Shown in pieces: positions 53,133-63,023 of a DNA stretch of 64,000 nucleotides. Each line of letters opens with the position of its first letter. The stretch's first letter is position 1. Where the stretch lies: contig AP024665.1 of the NCBI GenBank assembly GCA_024346625.1, positions 1,736,001 to 1,800,000 of the forward strand, written 5' to 3'. Origin of the DNA: Williopsis jadinii (lineage: Eukaryota). Below the pieces are notes generated by a model that saw nothing but the letters and a program-made list of their open reading frames with translations, had not been told where the DNA came from and searched no databases. A program made the translations under genes and the position numbers.

Positions 53133-53479
53133 ATAGACCTTTAGCAAGAACTTGCTTCATACTTCGGCTTCGCTTTTCCAACGAAATGGCACTCAAGGAA
53201 TGCTGTTGACAATGATTGTGCGTCTTCAGATGGGCGAGTCACGCCAATAGCACGACGACATAGCTCTCCATAGCACTGGCAAGCACACACTGGATGATAC
53301 GGTGGTGTGCGGGTGTTGGGATGTCCGGATGTCTACCCTCTTATCTATGCGCCCCCTACCGAAAGTGAAAAATTACCTCCTTCGAGCCACTTTGGGACAT
53401 TTCATCCACCGTTGTTTTACCCATTGAAGTGGCTAAAGAGAGCTGTTTGCCAGTGTTGTGGAGTTACTACGATTGAGTC

Positions 53480-56400
53480 ATGAAAGTGAGCTATAACTTC
53501 ACGTAATTAACCGTGCTTCACCCCTGAAGAGCCCTGTACTAACTCATCGCAGCAACGTGTCACAGCATTAGACATTGAGATTCTCGTTGCGGAACTCCAA
53601 CAGGAGATTACCGGGTACAGATTGTCCAATATCTATAACATTGTCACCTCGAATAGACAGTACCTGCTGAAGTTTGCCATCCCTGATTCCAAGAAGAACT
53701 TGGTGCTTGATTCGGGCTTCAAAGCTCACCTCACACAGTTCACAAGACCAACACCCCAGGTGCCCTCGAGCTTTGTTACCAAGTTGAGGAAGCATTTGAA
53801 GACCAGAAGACTCACAAGCATCAAACAGGTCGGCATAGATAGAGTCATCGTGATGAACTTCAGCGATGGTGCGTTCTACCTCGTTTTGGAATTCTTCAGT
53901 GCGGGAAACATCGTGCTGCTGGATGAGAATAGACGTATCATGGCGTTGCAGAGACTTGTAGAGGAGAAGGGCAATAACGATAGATATGCCGTTGGTGAGA
54001 CGTATAACCTGTTTGACGAGTCATTGTTTGGTGAGACATCTGTCCAGAAGTCCCTGACTGAGTTCAATGCTGATGAAATCAAAGAATGGATAACTTCAAA
54101 GAGCCAGACCAATGATAAGAAGAAGGTGCTATCTGTGCAAAAGATTCTCTACCAGAAAGTTCCTCATCTCTCTGCTGACCTGATTGCTAAGAGATTAGTT
54201 GAGCACGGAGTGAATCCATCGGCTTCTTGTCTTGAATACCTCGATAAGACCGATCTTTTGGCACAGGCTTTACACGAAACAGAGTTGGATATTGATGGCA
54301 TTGTCTCTAGCAAGCCGGTGAAGGGTTATATCGTTACCAAGACCAATCCATTGTATGATGCTACAAAGGATGATGAGGACCTGAAAACGCTGTATGACCA
54401 GTTTCACCCATTCAAGCCTCTGTTGAAGTCGGATGACGAACAGCTTATCGAGGTTGTTGGCTATAACAATACTTTGGATAAGTTCTTTTCAACTATTGAG
54501 TCGTCCAAATATGCACTGCGTATACAGAACCAGGAGAACCAGGCCAAGAAGAAACTCGAGGCTGCTAAAAATGAAAAGCATCAACAGGTTCAGAGACTCA
54601 TTGACGTTCAAGAGGTCAATAAGCTGAAAGGTGAAACCATCCTGTTCAATGCCGACTTAGTCGAACAAGCCAAAGCTGCAATTCAAGCCTTGGTTGATCA
54701 AAAGATGGACTGGAAGATGATGGAGAAGCTTATCAAAATCGAACAGGGAAAGAACAGTCCAGTGGCCAAGTTGATCAACTTGCCCTTGAATTTGAAAGAG
54801 AACAAGATAGGCTTGAACCTGTCGACTGATGTTGAGTACGAAGACGGGGAGAGTTCGGAATCAGAATCAGATTCAGACTCTTCCTCGGACTCAGATTCGG
54901 GCTCTCATCGTAGAACAAGCAAGAAACCCGACTCAAAGCCAAAGAACACCATCAACGTCACTATTGATCTTGGTCTGAGTGCTTACGCTAATGCTTCAAA
55001 CTACTTTACAGTGAAGAAAACGACAGTTGAGAAACAGAAGAAAGTCGAGCAGAGTGCATCGAGAGCTTTAAAGAACATCGAGTCGAAGATTGAGAAGGAT
55101 CTGAAGAAGAACTTGAAACAGGAGACTGAAATCTTAAGGAAGCTGCGTAACCCTTATTTCTTTGAGAAGTTCAATTGGTTTATATCTAACGAGAACTATC
55201 TGATCTTGTCAGGAAAAGACGATTCCCAAACCGATATGATCTACCATAGGTATGTTGAGAAAGATGACATCTATGTCTTTGCAGATGTCGACGGTGCTTC
55301 CCATGTGTTTATAAAGAACCCAAACAAGGGTGAAGTGTCACCAAGTACTCTGACACAAGCAGGTATCATGTCACTGTCGACTTCGAAGGCTTGGGAAAAC
55401 AAAATGGTAACCAGTCCATGGTGGTGTTATGCTGCTGATGTATCTAAAAACGATATCGATGGGAAGATGTTACCACCTGGGTCCTTTAGATATTTGAAGG
55501 AGAAGCAGTTCTTACCACCAGCACAGATGGTTATGGGATTCGCATTCTTATGGAAGATCAAGACTGAAGACAATCAGAAGGAATTAGAAAGACAGATTGA
55601 AGAGTTTGATAACTTGGAAATGAGTACAGTTGATGATTTGAAGGACCAGGGATCGGAAGAAGAAGGTGAAGAAGATGGATCTGGAGTGACTGCAAATGAG
55701 CTACAAGAGACTGGCGAAGCTGATGAAGCTCAAAGACAAGGTGATGCTGACGAAGGTGAAGAAGAAGAAGAAGAAGAAGAATCCCAGGTTGAAGCTGTTG
55801 AGCAAGATTATGGACATTCAAGCACCGCTTACGATGCAATGAGTACCACCTCTCAGTCCAGACAAAAGAAGCCTGTACGTGGTAAGAAGAGCAAGCTGAA
55901 AAAAATACAAGAGAAGTATGGAGACCAGGATGAAGACGAACGTCGTCTGAGAATGGAAGCCTTGGGTACTTTGAAGCAGCAAGCCAGACGAGAAGATGAG
56001 CTGAAGAAACAGCAAGAACAGAAAATTGCCCATTTGAAGAAGATTGAGAAGAAAAAACGTCAAGACGAGCTCGTTGCTCATAAGTACATGAACATGAAAG
56101 AATCTGTTGATTATGAGTCCATTTTGAACGAATTGACTCCTACAATCACCTCTGAGGATGAGATCTTGGAAGCCATCCCAGTGTTCGCACCTTGGAATGC
56201 CCTAACGAAGTACCGTTATCGTGTGAAAGTGCAGCCCGGTTCTACAAAGAAAGGTAAAGCTCTTCAAGAGACATTGCATTATCTCTTGACAAGGCCAGTC
56301 GATGACAGCGAGCGTGATCGTAATTACGATTGGCCTCGAGAACATGAAACCTTGAAAGGCTTGAAAGATACCGACTTATTACCTTCGATATACGTTGGCA

Positions 56401-56486
56401 AGCTAAAGATCATGCTTCCAGGCAAATCATCAGCACCAAAAGGAGGGTCAGGTAGAGGCGGAGCTAAAAAGAAAGGTAAGAAATGA
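53480..56486 (+). CDS. RQC2: Ribosome quality-control subunit (NEMF/Tae2); join(53480..53485,53553..56486)
   Basis: ATG AAA, then GTGAGC 53486, TACTAAC 53537-53543 and CAG 53550-53552; splicing gives MKQRVTALD...GYRLSNIYNI. NFACT motifs FVTKLRKHLK, LEFFSAGN and FEKFNWFIS are present. Confidence 0.95.
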
Positions 56487-56546
56487 TTGTGAGCTCTCTT
56501 CTGCTGTTCTTTATACAGTTATATACGTCATTCCATACATTACAGA

Positions 56547-57131
56547 TTACAATCCCTGTTGTAGTCTTTCAGCGAGTTTGCCCTTTGCGAATTGGAACGC
56601 GTTCATGAATCCCTTTTCACTGAGATCAATGTTCTTCAGAGAAGGTTCATTCTTTGGAGTGTTTGACACCCTGGCTGCGATGATCGAAGGCTCGGTCTCC
56701 AAGATGATCCCATCATCCACAGTCTCATCAACCGCGATACAGACCTTGTCGTAGTTCTCCTGTACGGCCTTCTTATCCACTTGGTAGTTGAGGATCTTAT
56801 CCAATGCCTCTTTGAACCCATCAACTACAGAAGACAGCGCAACCTCGTTCTCACTCAACCCTCCAACAACGTATATCACAATATCCGCAACCTCCTTATA
56901 CACCACAATGTGGCTCTCAAAGAGAATGATATCCCCATGCTGCTTGAACGTCTTCGCAAACAGCGCCTTCTCAAAGGCCTGCTGTTTCTTCAGCGTCGAC
57001 AATGGCCCATCGTTCTCTTCATCTCCCTTCTGCTCCTTTGGTGGCGTGTAGTAATTCGTGTACAGCCTTTCACCTTCATTATCGAGTATGAGAAGCGCCT
57101 TTACTGAGTACAGTCCAAGATTGGCAGACAT
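56547..57131 (-). CDS. RET3: Coatomer zeta subunit
   Basis: LYSVKALLILDNEGERL, ENYDKVCIAVDETVDDGIILET and AKGKLAERLQQGL; adjacent to RQC2 and TAF3. Confidence 0.96.
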   Translation of the reverse strand: MSANLGLYSVKALLILDNEGERLYTNYYTPPKEQKGDEENDGPLSTLKKQQAFEKALFAKTFKQHGDIILFESHIVVYKEVADIVIYVVGGLSENEVALSSVVDGFKEALDKILNYQVDKKAVQENYDKVCIAVDETVDDGIILETEPSIIAARVSNTPKNEPSLKNIDLSEKGFMNAFQFAKGKLAERLQQGL

Positions 57132-57381
57132 AGTTCACCTTCGTAAGTTGCTCTGAGCCGCTGTTTACGCCTTGTTGGCCTGTGCTGATTTGCTTTGTTG
57201 TGTTGTGAAGGAGAAAGCTCCGCTGTCCAAAATTCCTACGGGACGGGAAGTCGGGTCACGTGACTCTTTATGAGTATAGGCCGGGTAATGTTTCTTCCCT
57301 GTCGCCAAACCAAAACGTCTCTAAGCCATTGCAACTTGCCTGCTCGAGTAGTGAGAGGTATTGGGGGACACAGTCCACAAG

Positions 57382-58206
57382 ATGTCTCAGTCTCAGTTCA
57401 ACTATTCCCTTGTTCGGATAACCGTGATGCAAGTACGTTGAGTTTCCTTTTTTTTTCTGTTCAGAGAACAAACACATGCTAATACTGAAGCTTAGATTCT
57501 TCGAGGCATCGGATTCGACAGGTGTCCTAGCCATGTCATTGACATTTTAACAGATTTGTACGTTAGATACCTCCTTCTTCTAACCAGTGAAGTACAGTCA
57601 CTGGCAGAACAGGCCCAGAAACCTTCGATCGAGATCCAGGATATCACACAAGCGCTCATCAACGTTGGGATGCTTAAGCCTGTTGACATATTGGACGTTT
57701 ACGAACAGTACGACACCAGCAACAGAGCAGCACAGGATTTCTTGCTCTGGTGCGTGGGACACGTACCTGAGAATGCACGTAACGTGAGTAAGGTGAACCT
57801 GGAGATGATGGCGAGCGGGAAACCAAAGATGGCACATTCAGCAATACCGGAATACAACGCACAGATACTTCAATCCTCACAATCACAAGTGTCGTTAAAC
57901 CCTCTAAAATCACAAGAGTTTGAACCTCAGGTGGAGGAGGACTGGCTGACGTTCTTGATGAAAAGAGGGAAGAAACAGGAATCCTTCAGAAGCACAACGC
58001 TAATCAGGAACCATCTGCCAAAGAGCGACTACTACGTGAGTGGTCCCACACCGGACGAGCTTGTCGATAAACTACCGTACAATCAAAAACCAGAGGAGTT
58101 GGAGGAGTACCAAACAGAAGACCTGAATACCACTGGAGATCAACTCATCAACTCAGGGTTCATACCTCCGTCTGACAGTTACTGGAGCTCCCAACCGTTG
58201 AATTGA
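57382..58206 (+). CDS. TAF3: TFIID subunit Taf3 (histone fold); join(57382..57432,57496..58206)
   Basis: Exon 1 MSQSQFNYSLVRITVMQ; GTACGT 57433, TGCTAAT 57477-57483, TAG 57493-57495; exon 2 ILRGIGFDRC...ILTDLYVRYL...IQDITQAL. Synteny with RET3. Confidence 0.88.
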
Positions 58207-58258
58207 AACGAACCCACTTCACGATCCACAACACCGTGTAGTTATAGTAATTGATGTA

Positions 58259-58281
58259 GTTACCATGGTTACCACGGTAAC
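58259..58281. promoter_or_regulatory. Overlapping RFX X-box-like palindromes upstream of IES1
   Basis: GTTACCATGGTTAC 58259-58272 and GTTACCACGGTAAC 58268-58281. Confidence 0.6.
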
Positions 58282-58461
58282 TGCTCCTCTCCGCCAGAAA
58301 GAGGAAAAACCCCTCTCGGTACACACACGCATCACCAAGAAAATACGCGGAGTTTTGTGGTCGCGGTTGGTGTACAAAACTGACGAGAGGAAATCCGCTC
58401 TTTTCACGCTGGCATTCTACCCTCTTCAACCACGGCGGTAAACAAACAGAGCAAACCAAAG

Positions 58462-60177
58462 ATGCCATACGACCCAGTTCACGACGCGGTTCAGTCAGAA
58501 GACCGTACCGCTGTGACAGATTCTGATACCGCCAGCGAGGACATCACACAACACCAGCCATCATCGTCAACGACGACGGATGGATTACCAAAGATGGCGA
58601 CGATGAAGACCAACGGCAGTGATCCTCAGGAATCGAATGGCACGTTGCCACAGTTCTCGGTGATCACGATGAACTCGACGAAGCCATCCACAGCAGAGAC
58701 GCCTGTTGCCGAGCAGAAGAGAGGCACAAAGCACAAGTTGACGCCTGGTAAGGGAGGCACCCCTTCGAAGAAGCAGAAGAAGGTCCATAACAGCGTCCTC
58801 AACTCAGTTCGATCACGTCACTTGAAGAAGTTCGACGGCCAACCGTTTTGGCGTAAGGACATTCAGTACTCGTTGCTGAAATCGCTGTTCGACAACGATA
58901 TAAAGGCCTTCACAGATCCATTCCCTGATTCGGATGAAAATGTGTCTATGGATGATAGGGAATTGGATCCCAGGGGCAGGTTGAGCTTTGCAGAACTGTA
59001 CATTAAGAGTATTGCACATAGCTCGAAATGCTCGAAGGTGTTGAAAGACAGGCTGCTGAACGATATGAAGATGAGTATTCCAACGTGTATGATTTGTCTG
59101 CTGGTGAACGTTGGAAGAATGAACACTACGATCAACTTTGTTCCTGATATGAAGTCACAGCTGAGAACTTATCATCCAATCCCTTCCTTACAGGTGAACT
59201 ATGACAGTTCCACCACGGGGAATGATAAGTCCAATGACAAGCAGTTACAGGACACTCCACGTTTGAAATCCATATTGAAGGCTTGCTGTGATGATTCTCA
59301 TGAACCTTCCACGTTAGATGCATTGATGAAACGGAAGGCTTTGCCCCTGACAACGTGTGTCAACATGATCTTTGTGCTTTGCAACTACGAAGATTTGGTC
59401 CAGAGCGAGTTCTTCGAAGATGTCAATTACAATTTCTACGATATCTTTATGAATGCGTCCTACAATCCACGAAGCAGAGCAGACTTGTTCCTATGGCTGT
59501 TGTGGAACTATTTGGAATCACATAGAACTCCAGAGGAGATTTCAAAAAACCCATTCGGATCTGAAAAGCCTTTACTGAAACCGGCTGTGATGGAATTTGA
59601 CGTTGACACACCATTGGAGAAAGAATTCGGTGAGAAGTTATACGAACAGAGAATCAAGTATTTATCAGAGGAATCAAGTGATAAAAAAGAGAAAGGTTCA
59701 GAAGATAAGAAGAAAGATGACGCCAATAGCTCAGCGGCTTTCTCAAATTCAAACGACAGCTCTACAAATCAAACAAACTCCACATCCAATGCTCATTCAA
59801 ATGGAGGTTTGACGGCATCTCAGCAGACCCCACAACCTCCTGTATTGAGACAGGATATCGATGTTGATAAAGTACGCACAGCTTTGAAAGCGTTGAGCAA
59901 GAATGAACATCGTAAGAGAATCAAACAAGGCATGCTTCAATTTGAAAACTCTGTGATCTTGAAGGAGGAAACAGGGGATGACGATTCATCTATGAGGCTA
60001 AGGCTAAAAAATTACAAGGGTGATTTCGGTGAGTATGCTACAAAGTTCAACAAGCTGTTCAACTTGCTGAAGAGCGATTTTGCAGAACTAAGCAAAGAAG
60101 ACAAGCAGACCATCGAAGTTAACTACGCCTACAATGAGGGTTCTCTCAAGTTGAAGCACTTTAGCGTTGACCTTTAA
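58462..60177 (+). CDS. IES1: INO80 complex subunit Ies1
   Basis: RHLKKFDGQPFWRKDIQY, LLVNVGRMNTTINF, QLRTYHPIPSLQ and KQLQDTPRLKSILKA. Confidence 0.9.
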   Translation: MPYDPVHDAVQSEDRTAVTDSDTASEDITQHQPSSSTTTDGLPKMATMKTNGSDPQESNGTLPQFSVITMNSTKPSTAETPVAEQKRGTKHKLTPGKGGTPSKKQKKVHNSVLNSVRSRHLKKFDGQPFWRKDIQYSLLKSLFDNDIKAFTDPFPDSDENVSMDDRELDPRGRLSFAELYIKSIAHSSKCSKVLKDRLLNDMKMSIPTCMICLLVNVGRMNTTINFVPDMKSQLRTYHPIPSLQVNYDSSTTGNDKSNDKQLQDTPRLKSILKACCDDSHEPSTLDALMKRKALPLTTCVNMIFVLCNYEDLVQSEFFEDVNYNFYDIFMNASYNPRSRADLFLWLLWNYLESHRTPEEISKNPFGSEKPLLKPAVMEFDVDTPLEKEFGEKLYEQRIKYLSEESSDKKEKGSEDKKKDDANSSAAFSNSNDSSTNQTNSTSNAHSNGGLTASQQTPQPPVLRQDIDVDKVRTALKALSKNEHRKRIKQGMLQFENSVILKEETGDDDSSMRLRLKNYKGDFGEYATKFNKLFNLLKSDFAELSKEDKQTIEVNYAYNEGSLKLKHFSVDL

Positions 60178-60227
60178 ACAATGACAGCACAAATAAACAT
60201 GAGACATTTGTCTCTATCAAGAATGAC

Positions 60228-61349
60228 TCACTGTATTTCCTCCATAGGATCGTCAAATGCCGGCAATGGGATTGGAATGAAGTAAGCAGTGTGTGCTATG
60301 GCTAAAGTATACGTTTTGATCGATGTGAAGTCTGAATTACAGCTCCAATCCCTTTCAGGGTCACCTTTACCCAAGAACAAGACGTTAGACATGTTCTGTG
60401 GTAAGTCATACCCCAACACCTCGAATGTCACACCTGAATGTGAGAAGTCCTTTAGTGGGTGGATTCTTGGAGGGAACCTCGTGATGAAGTCCGACTGATG
60501 AACCACTCTTATATATGAACCCTTCAGTATCAGCGAGCCCTTCTCTATCAGCTTTGCGAATCTTTCACTTTCAAAGAGTTCATCGCTCCATTGGCTCAAT
60601 TTCGGGTTTGTGATTCTCAGCTGTCCAAAAGTGACCACCTTTGGTTGATAACCCATGACTCGATACTCCATTCCAGCTAATTGGGCATATGCACCTCCTA
60701 ATGAATGTCCAGTTATCTCTAAGGAGTAACCATCATTCAAGTACGGTTGAACCATGGCGAACACTTTTGGTATGAACTTCTCAAAGGACCTATAAATTCC
60801 ACAGTGTACCAGACAACCATCGCATGGCCTCATCTTATTTCCAATGCTCTTTATCTTGTGCTTTCTCTTGAATGAGTCCGATATTGTTGAGATGACTGGG
60901 GAGTACGAACATTGGCCAATGTTGAGGTCAGATTTCCAATCACCAGGTGTAATTGTACCTCTGAAGCTCAAATGCACAACCTTATCGTCATGATCAACTC
61001 CAAGTATACCCGTACCACTATGGATTCCATTAAATATTGGCATGAAATGCTTTTCAATGGCTGTATTCTTCTTTTGGAAGTCATAGACGATGCATGCTTG
61101 GTCTAGAGGACCTGTTTTGAAGTATGGAGATATAGTGCAATAAGCCAATTGCGACCAATGTACTTGCTCCTTGAATTGATCAAGTAACGACAGGTTCAAC
61201 ATGCTCTGATCAGGCAATTCTCTGCTCGGTTTCTTGAGAACATTGACGATTGAGGTGTTAACCGTCGTTTTGTCATCGAATGTTGAAGATATCACTGAGC
61301 ACCTTGTTGATTGGAAGAGGAGCAAGCAAATGTATACGAAAGATAACAT
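60228..61349 (-). CDS. Secreted class-3 lipase (Lih1/Lip2-like)
   Basis: Signal peptide from ATG 61349; AYC, FRGT...DW..DL, VHCG, ITGHSLGGA, TFGQLR, RVVHQSDFITRFP and a C-terminal His. Confidence 0.88.
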   Translation of the reverse strand: MLSFVYICLLLFQSTRCSVISSTFDDKTTVNTSIVNVLKKPSRELPDQSMLNLSLLDQFKEQVHWSQLAYCTISPYFKTGPLDQACIVYDFQKKNTAIEKHFMPIFNGIHSGTGILGVDHDDKVVHLSFRGTITPGDWKSDLNIGQCSYSPVISTISDSFKRKHKIKSIGNKMRPCDGCLVHCGIYRSFEKFIPKVFAMVQPYLNDGYSLEITGHSLGGAYAQLAGMEYRVMGYQPKVVTFGQLRITNPKLSQWSDELFESERFAKLIEKGSLILKGSYIRVVHQSDFITRFPPRIHPLKDFSHSGVTFEVLGYDLPQNMSNVLFLGKGDPERDWSCNSDFTSIKTYTLAIAHTAYFIPIPLPAFDDPMEEIQ

Positions 61350-62395
61350 CCTAAAGCTGTTGATGGTCAATATCTAGAGAGAGAACGTATAGTAGGGTTC
61401 AGGGCTGCGAAGAGTTCATCGATTTAAATACTCATGATGCACCCAGTGAGTATAGCTGGTGAGAACATTACTACCGACGCAGTATAATCGTTATAAGAGC
61501 TCAACAAGTGCGGATATAAGAAAGTGAACATATCAGTACCATTTGAGCTCTTACAGGACCATGTACACCACTGTGGATAAACAAACTGTGGGCTGTTACT
61601 CTGTGTCACTGTGACTACACCCAATCTCTGCGTATGTTCTATACATATCGGCTTGCTTCTTCTTGCATAGTGTTACACATCGCTGTGAAGTCCTAAGGTT
61701 GATAGAATGTTGTAATTATATTCAGGATTATTTGCACATCATCAGTAGCCAATGCTCACTGTTCAACCGATACAGGGAGTCGGAAGCTATGTTATTCAAC
61801 TCATTGTGAGGCTCTCATGCTTCAACTAGGTGTTCTAAGCTATAAGTGCTGCCTCTTGAGCCCACAACCCGCACTTTAGTGAACATTGGATACAATAAAG
61901 CCTTGCGGATGTATCCTATCTGACTGCGACACTAACGAAGAGAAGGGTTGGATGCGTGAAATAACAGCACACCCGAGTGCCTTGAAGGTGCTGGTTTTGA
62001 TGTCTTTGAGCTGCTGGCCTTGATACCTCTAAGTTGCTGGTTCTGATGCCTATAAGCTGGTCTTGATGCCTGCAAGCTGTTCACTAGCGCACGTACACGG
62101 CTTCTATCACCAATGTAGCAAACCATAGCACCAACCAGTGGCCAAAGAGTCACGAAAGCAAGCAGCCCACACTACTGTCTCATTATCGTATACCAAATGT
62201 CATTAAACCTATTTACATATTGAATACAGAGAACCCTCCGATGAGGCCACCAGCCAAGTTCTACGCCAATTCAATGAACAAGAAAACACACTCTTTCTTC
62301 GTGTTCACACACCAACTGCTGATTTGCACAGAGACAAAAATCCCTCCTCTCCTCCAAGAAGCCACCTGGAACAAGCGTACAGCTAATGGCCCTTC

Positions 62396-62683
62396 TCAGA
62401 ACCAAAGGTCCGCCTTCTTCAACAGCTTCGTCACGCTCTCCGTCGGCTGCGCACCCACCGAGAGCCAGTACTTGGTTCTATCGAAATCCAGCTCAATGTG
62501 CTTCGCAGGCTTCTGCTTCTTCTCCCATGGCTTCAGCGGTGGCGCAATCGGGTTATAAGTCCCCAGCACCTCAATCGGCTTCTGGTCTCTGGCCAGTCTC
62601 TTCTTCGTAACAACAATGTTATACACTGGCTGGTCTACACGCCCAAAACGTGCCAGTCTGATTCTCACAAGCCCTTTAGTCAT
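62396..62683 (-). CDS. MRPS16: Mitochondrial ribosomal protein bS16m
   Basis: [15 protein letters not shown]...[10 protein letters not shown]...[20 protein letters not shown]; divergent from RRP12 as in S. cerevisiae. The C-terminus looks short. Confidence 0.93.
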   Translation of the reverse strand: MTKGLVRIRLARFGRVDQPVYNIVVTKKRLARDQKPIEVLGTYNPIAPPLKPWEKKQKPAKHIELDFDRTKYWLSVGAQPTESVTKLLKKADLWF

Positions 62684-62810
62684 GTCTATGTCAATATCTA
62701 CCAACAAAGCCCACGGATATCAGCCAGAAAGCACCTCGATTCCAACAAATTCTACCGAAATAGACCAATGTTGATGTTGTGTTTATAGGTTGCAACGTCG
62801 GTGATTGGGG

Positions 62811-62918
62811 GAAATTTTTCACCGCCGGGCCTCCTCCCGGGGAATTCCGAGGGGCGCCATCGCCGACTTCCCAAAAGGGTCAATTCCGACTCTGGTACCT
62901 CATCGCCGTGAAAAATTT
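62811..62918. promoter_or_regulatory. RRPE and PAC ribosome-biogenesis elements upstream of RRP12
   Basis: GAAATTTTTCA 62811-62821, CTCATCGC (PAC reverse complement) 62899-62906 and TGAAAAATTT 62909-62918. Confidence 0.8.
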
Positions 62919-63023
62919 ATTTCTATTTAATACCCATCGCTTCTTTCTCTCTTGGACGGTTTGTTTGCCGTTATTGCTGGAAGAACGTGATCTGTGTGTG
63001 TTATTGTGCCCAGTTTTGAAGAG

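Noticed and set aside
62340..62410. Frameshift or intron explaining the short MRPS16 C-terminus
   Set aside because: No alternative frame gives recognisable similarity and no splice signals precede the stop; it cannot be supported without reads.
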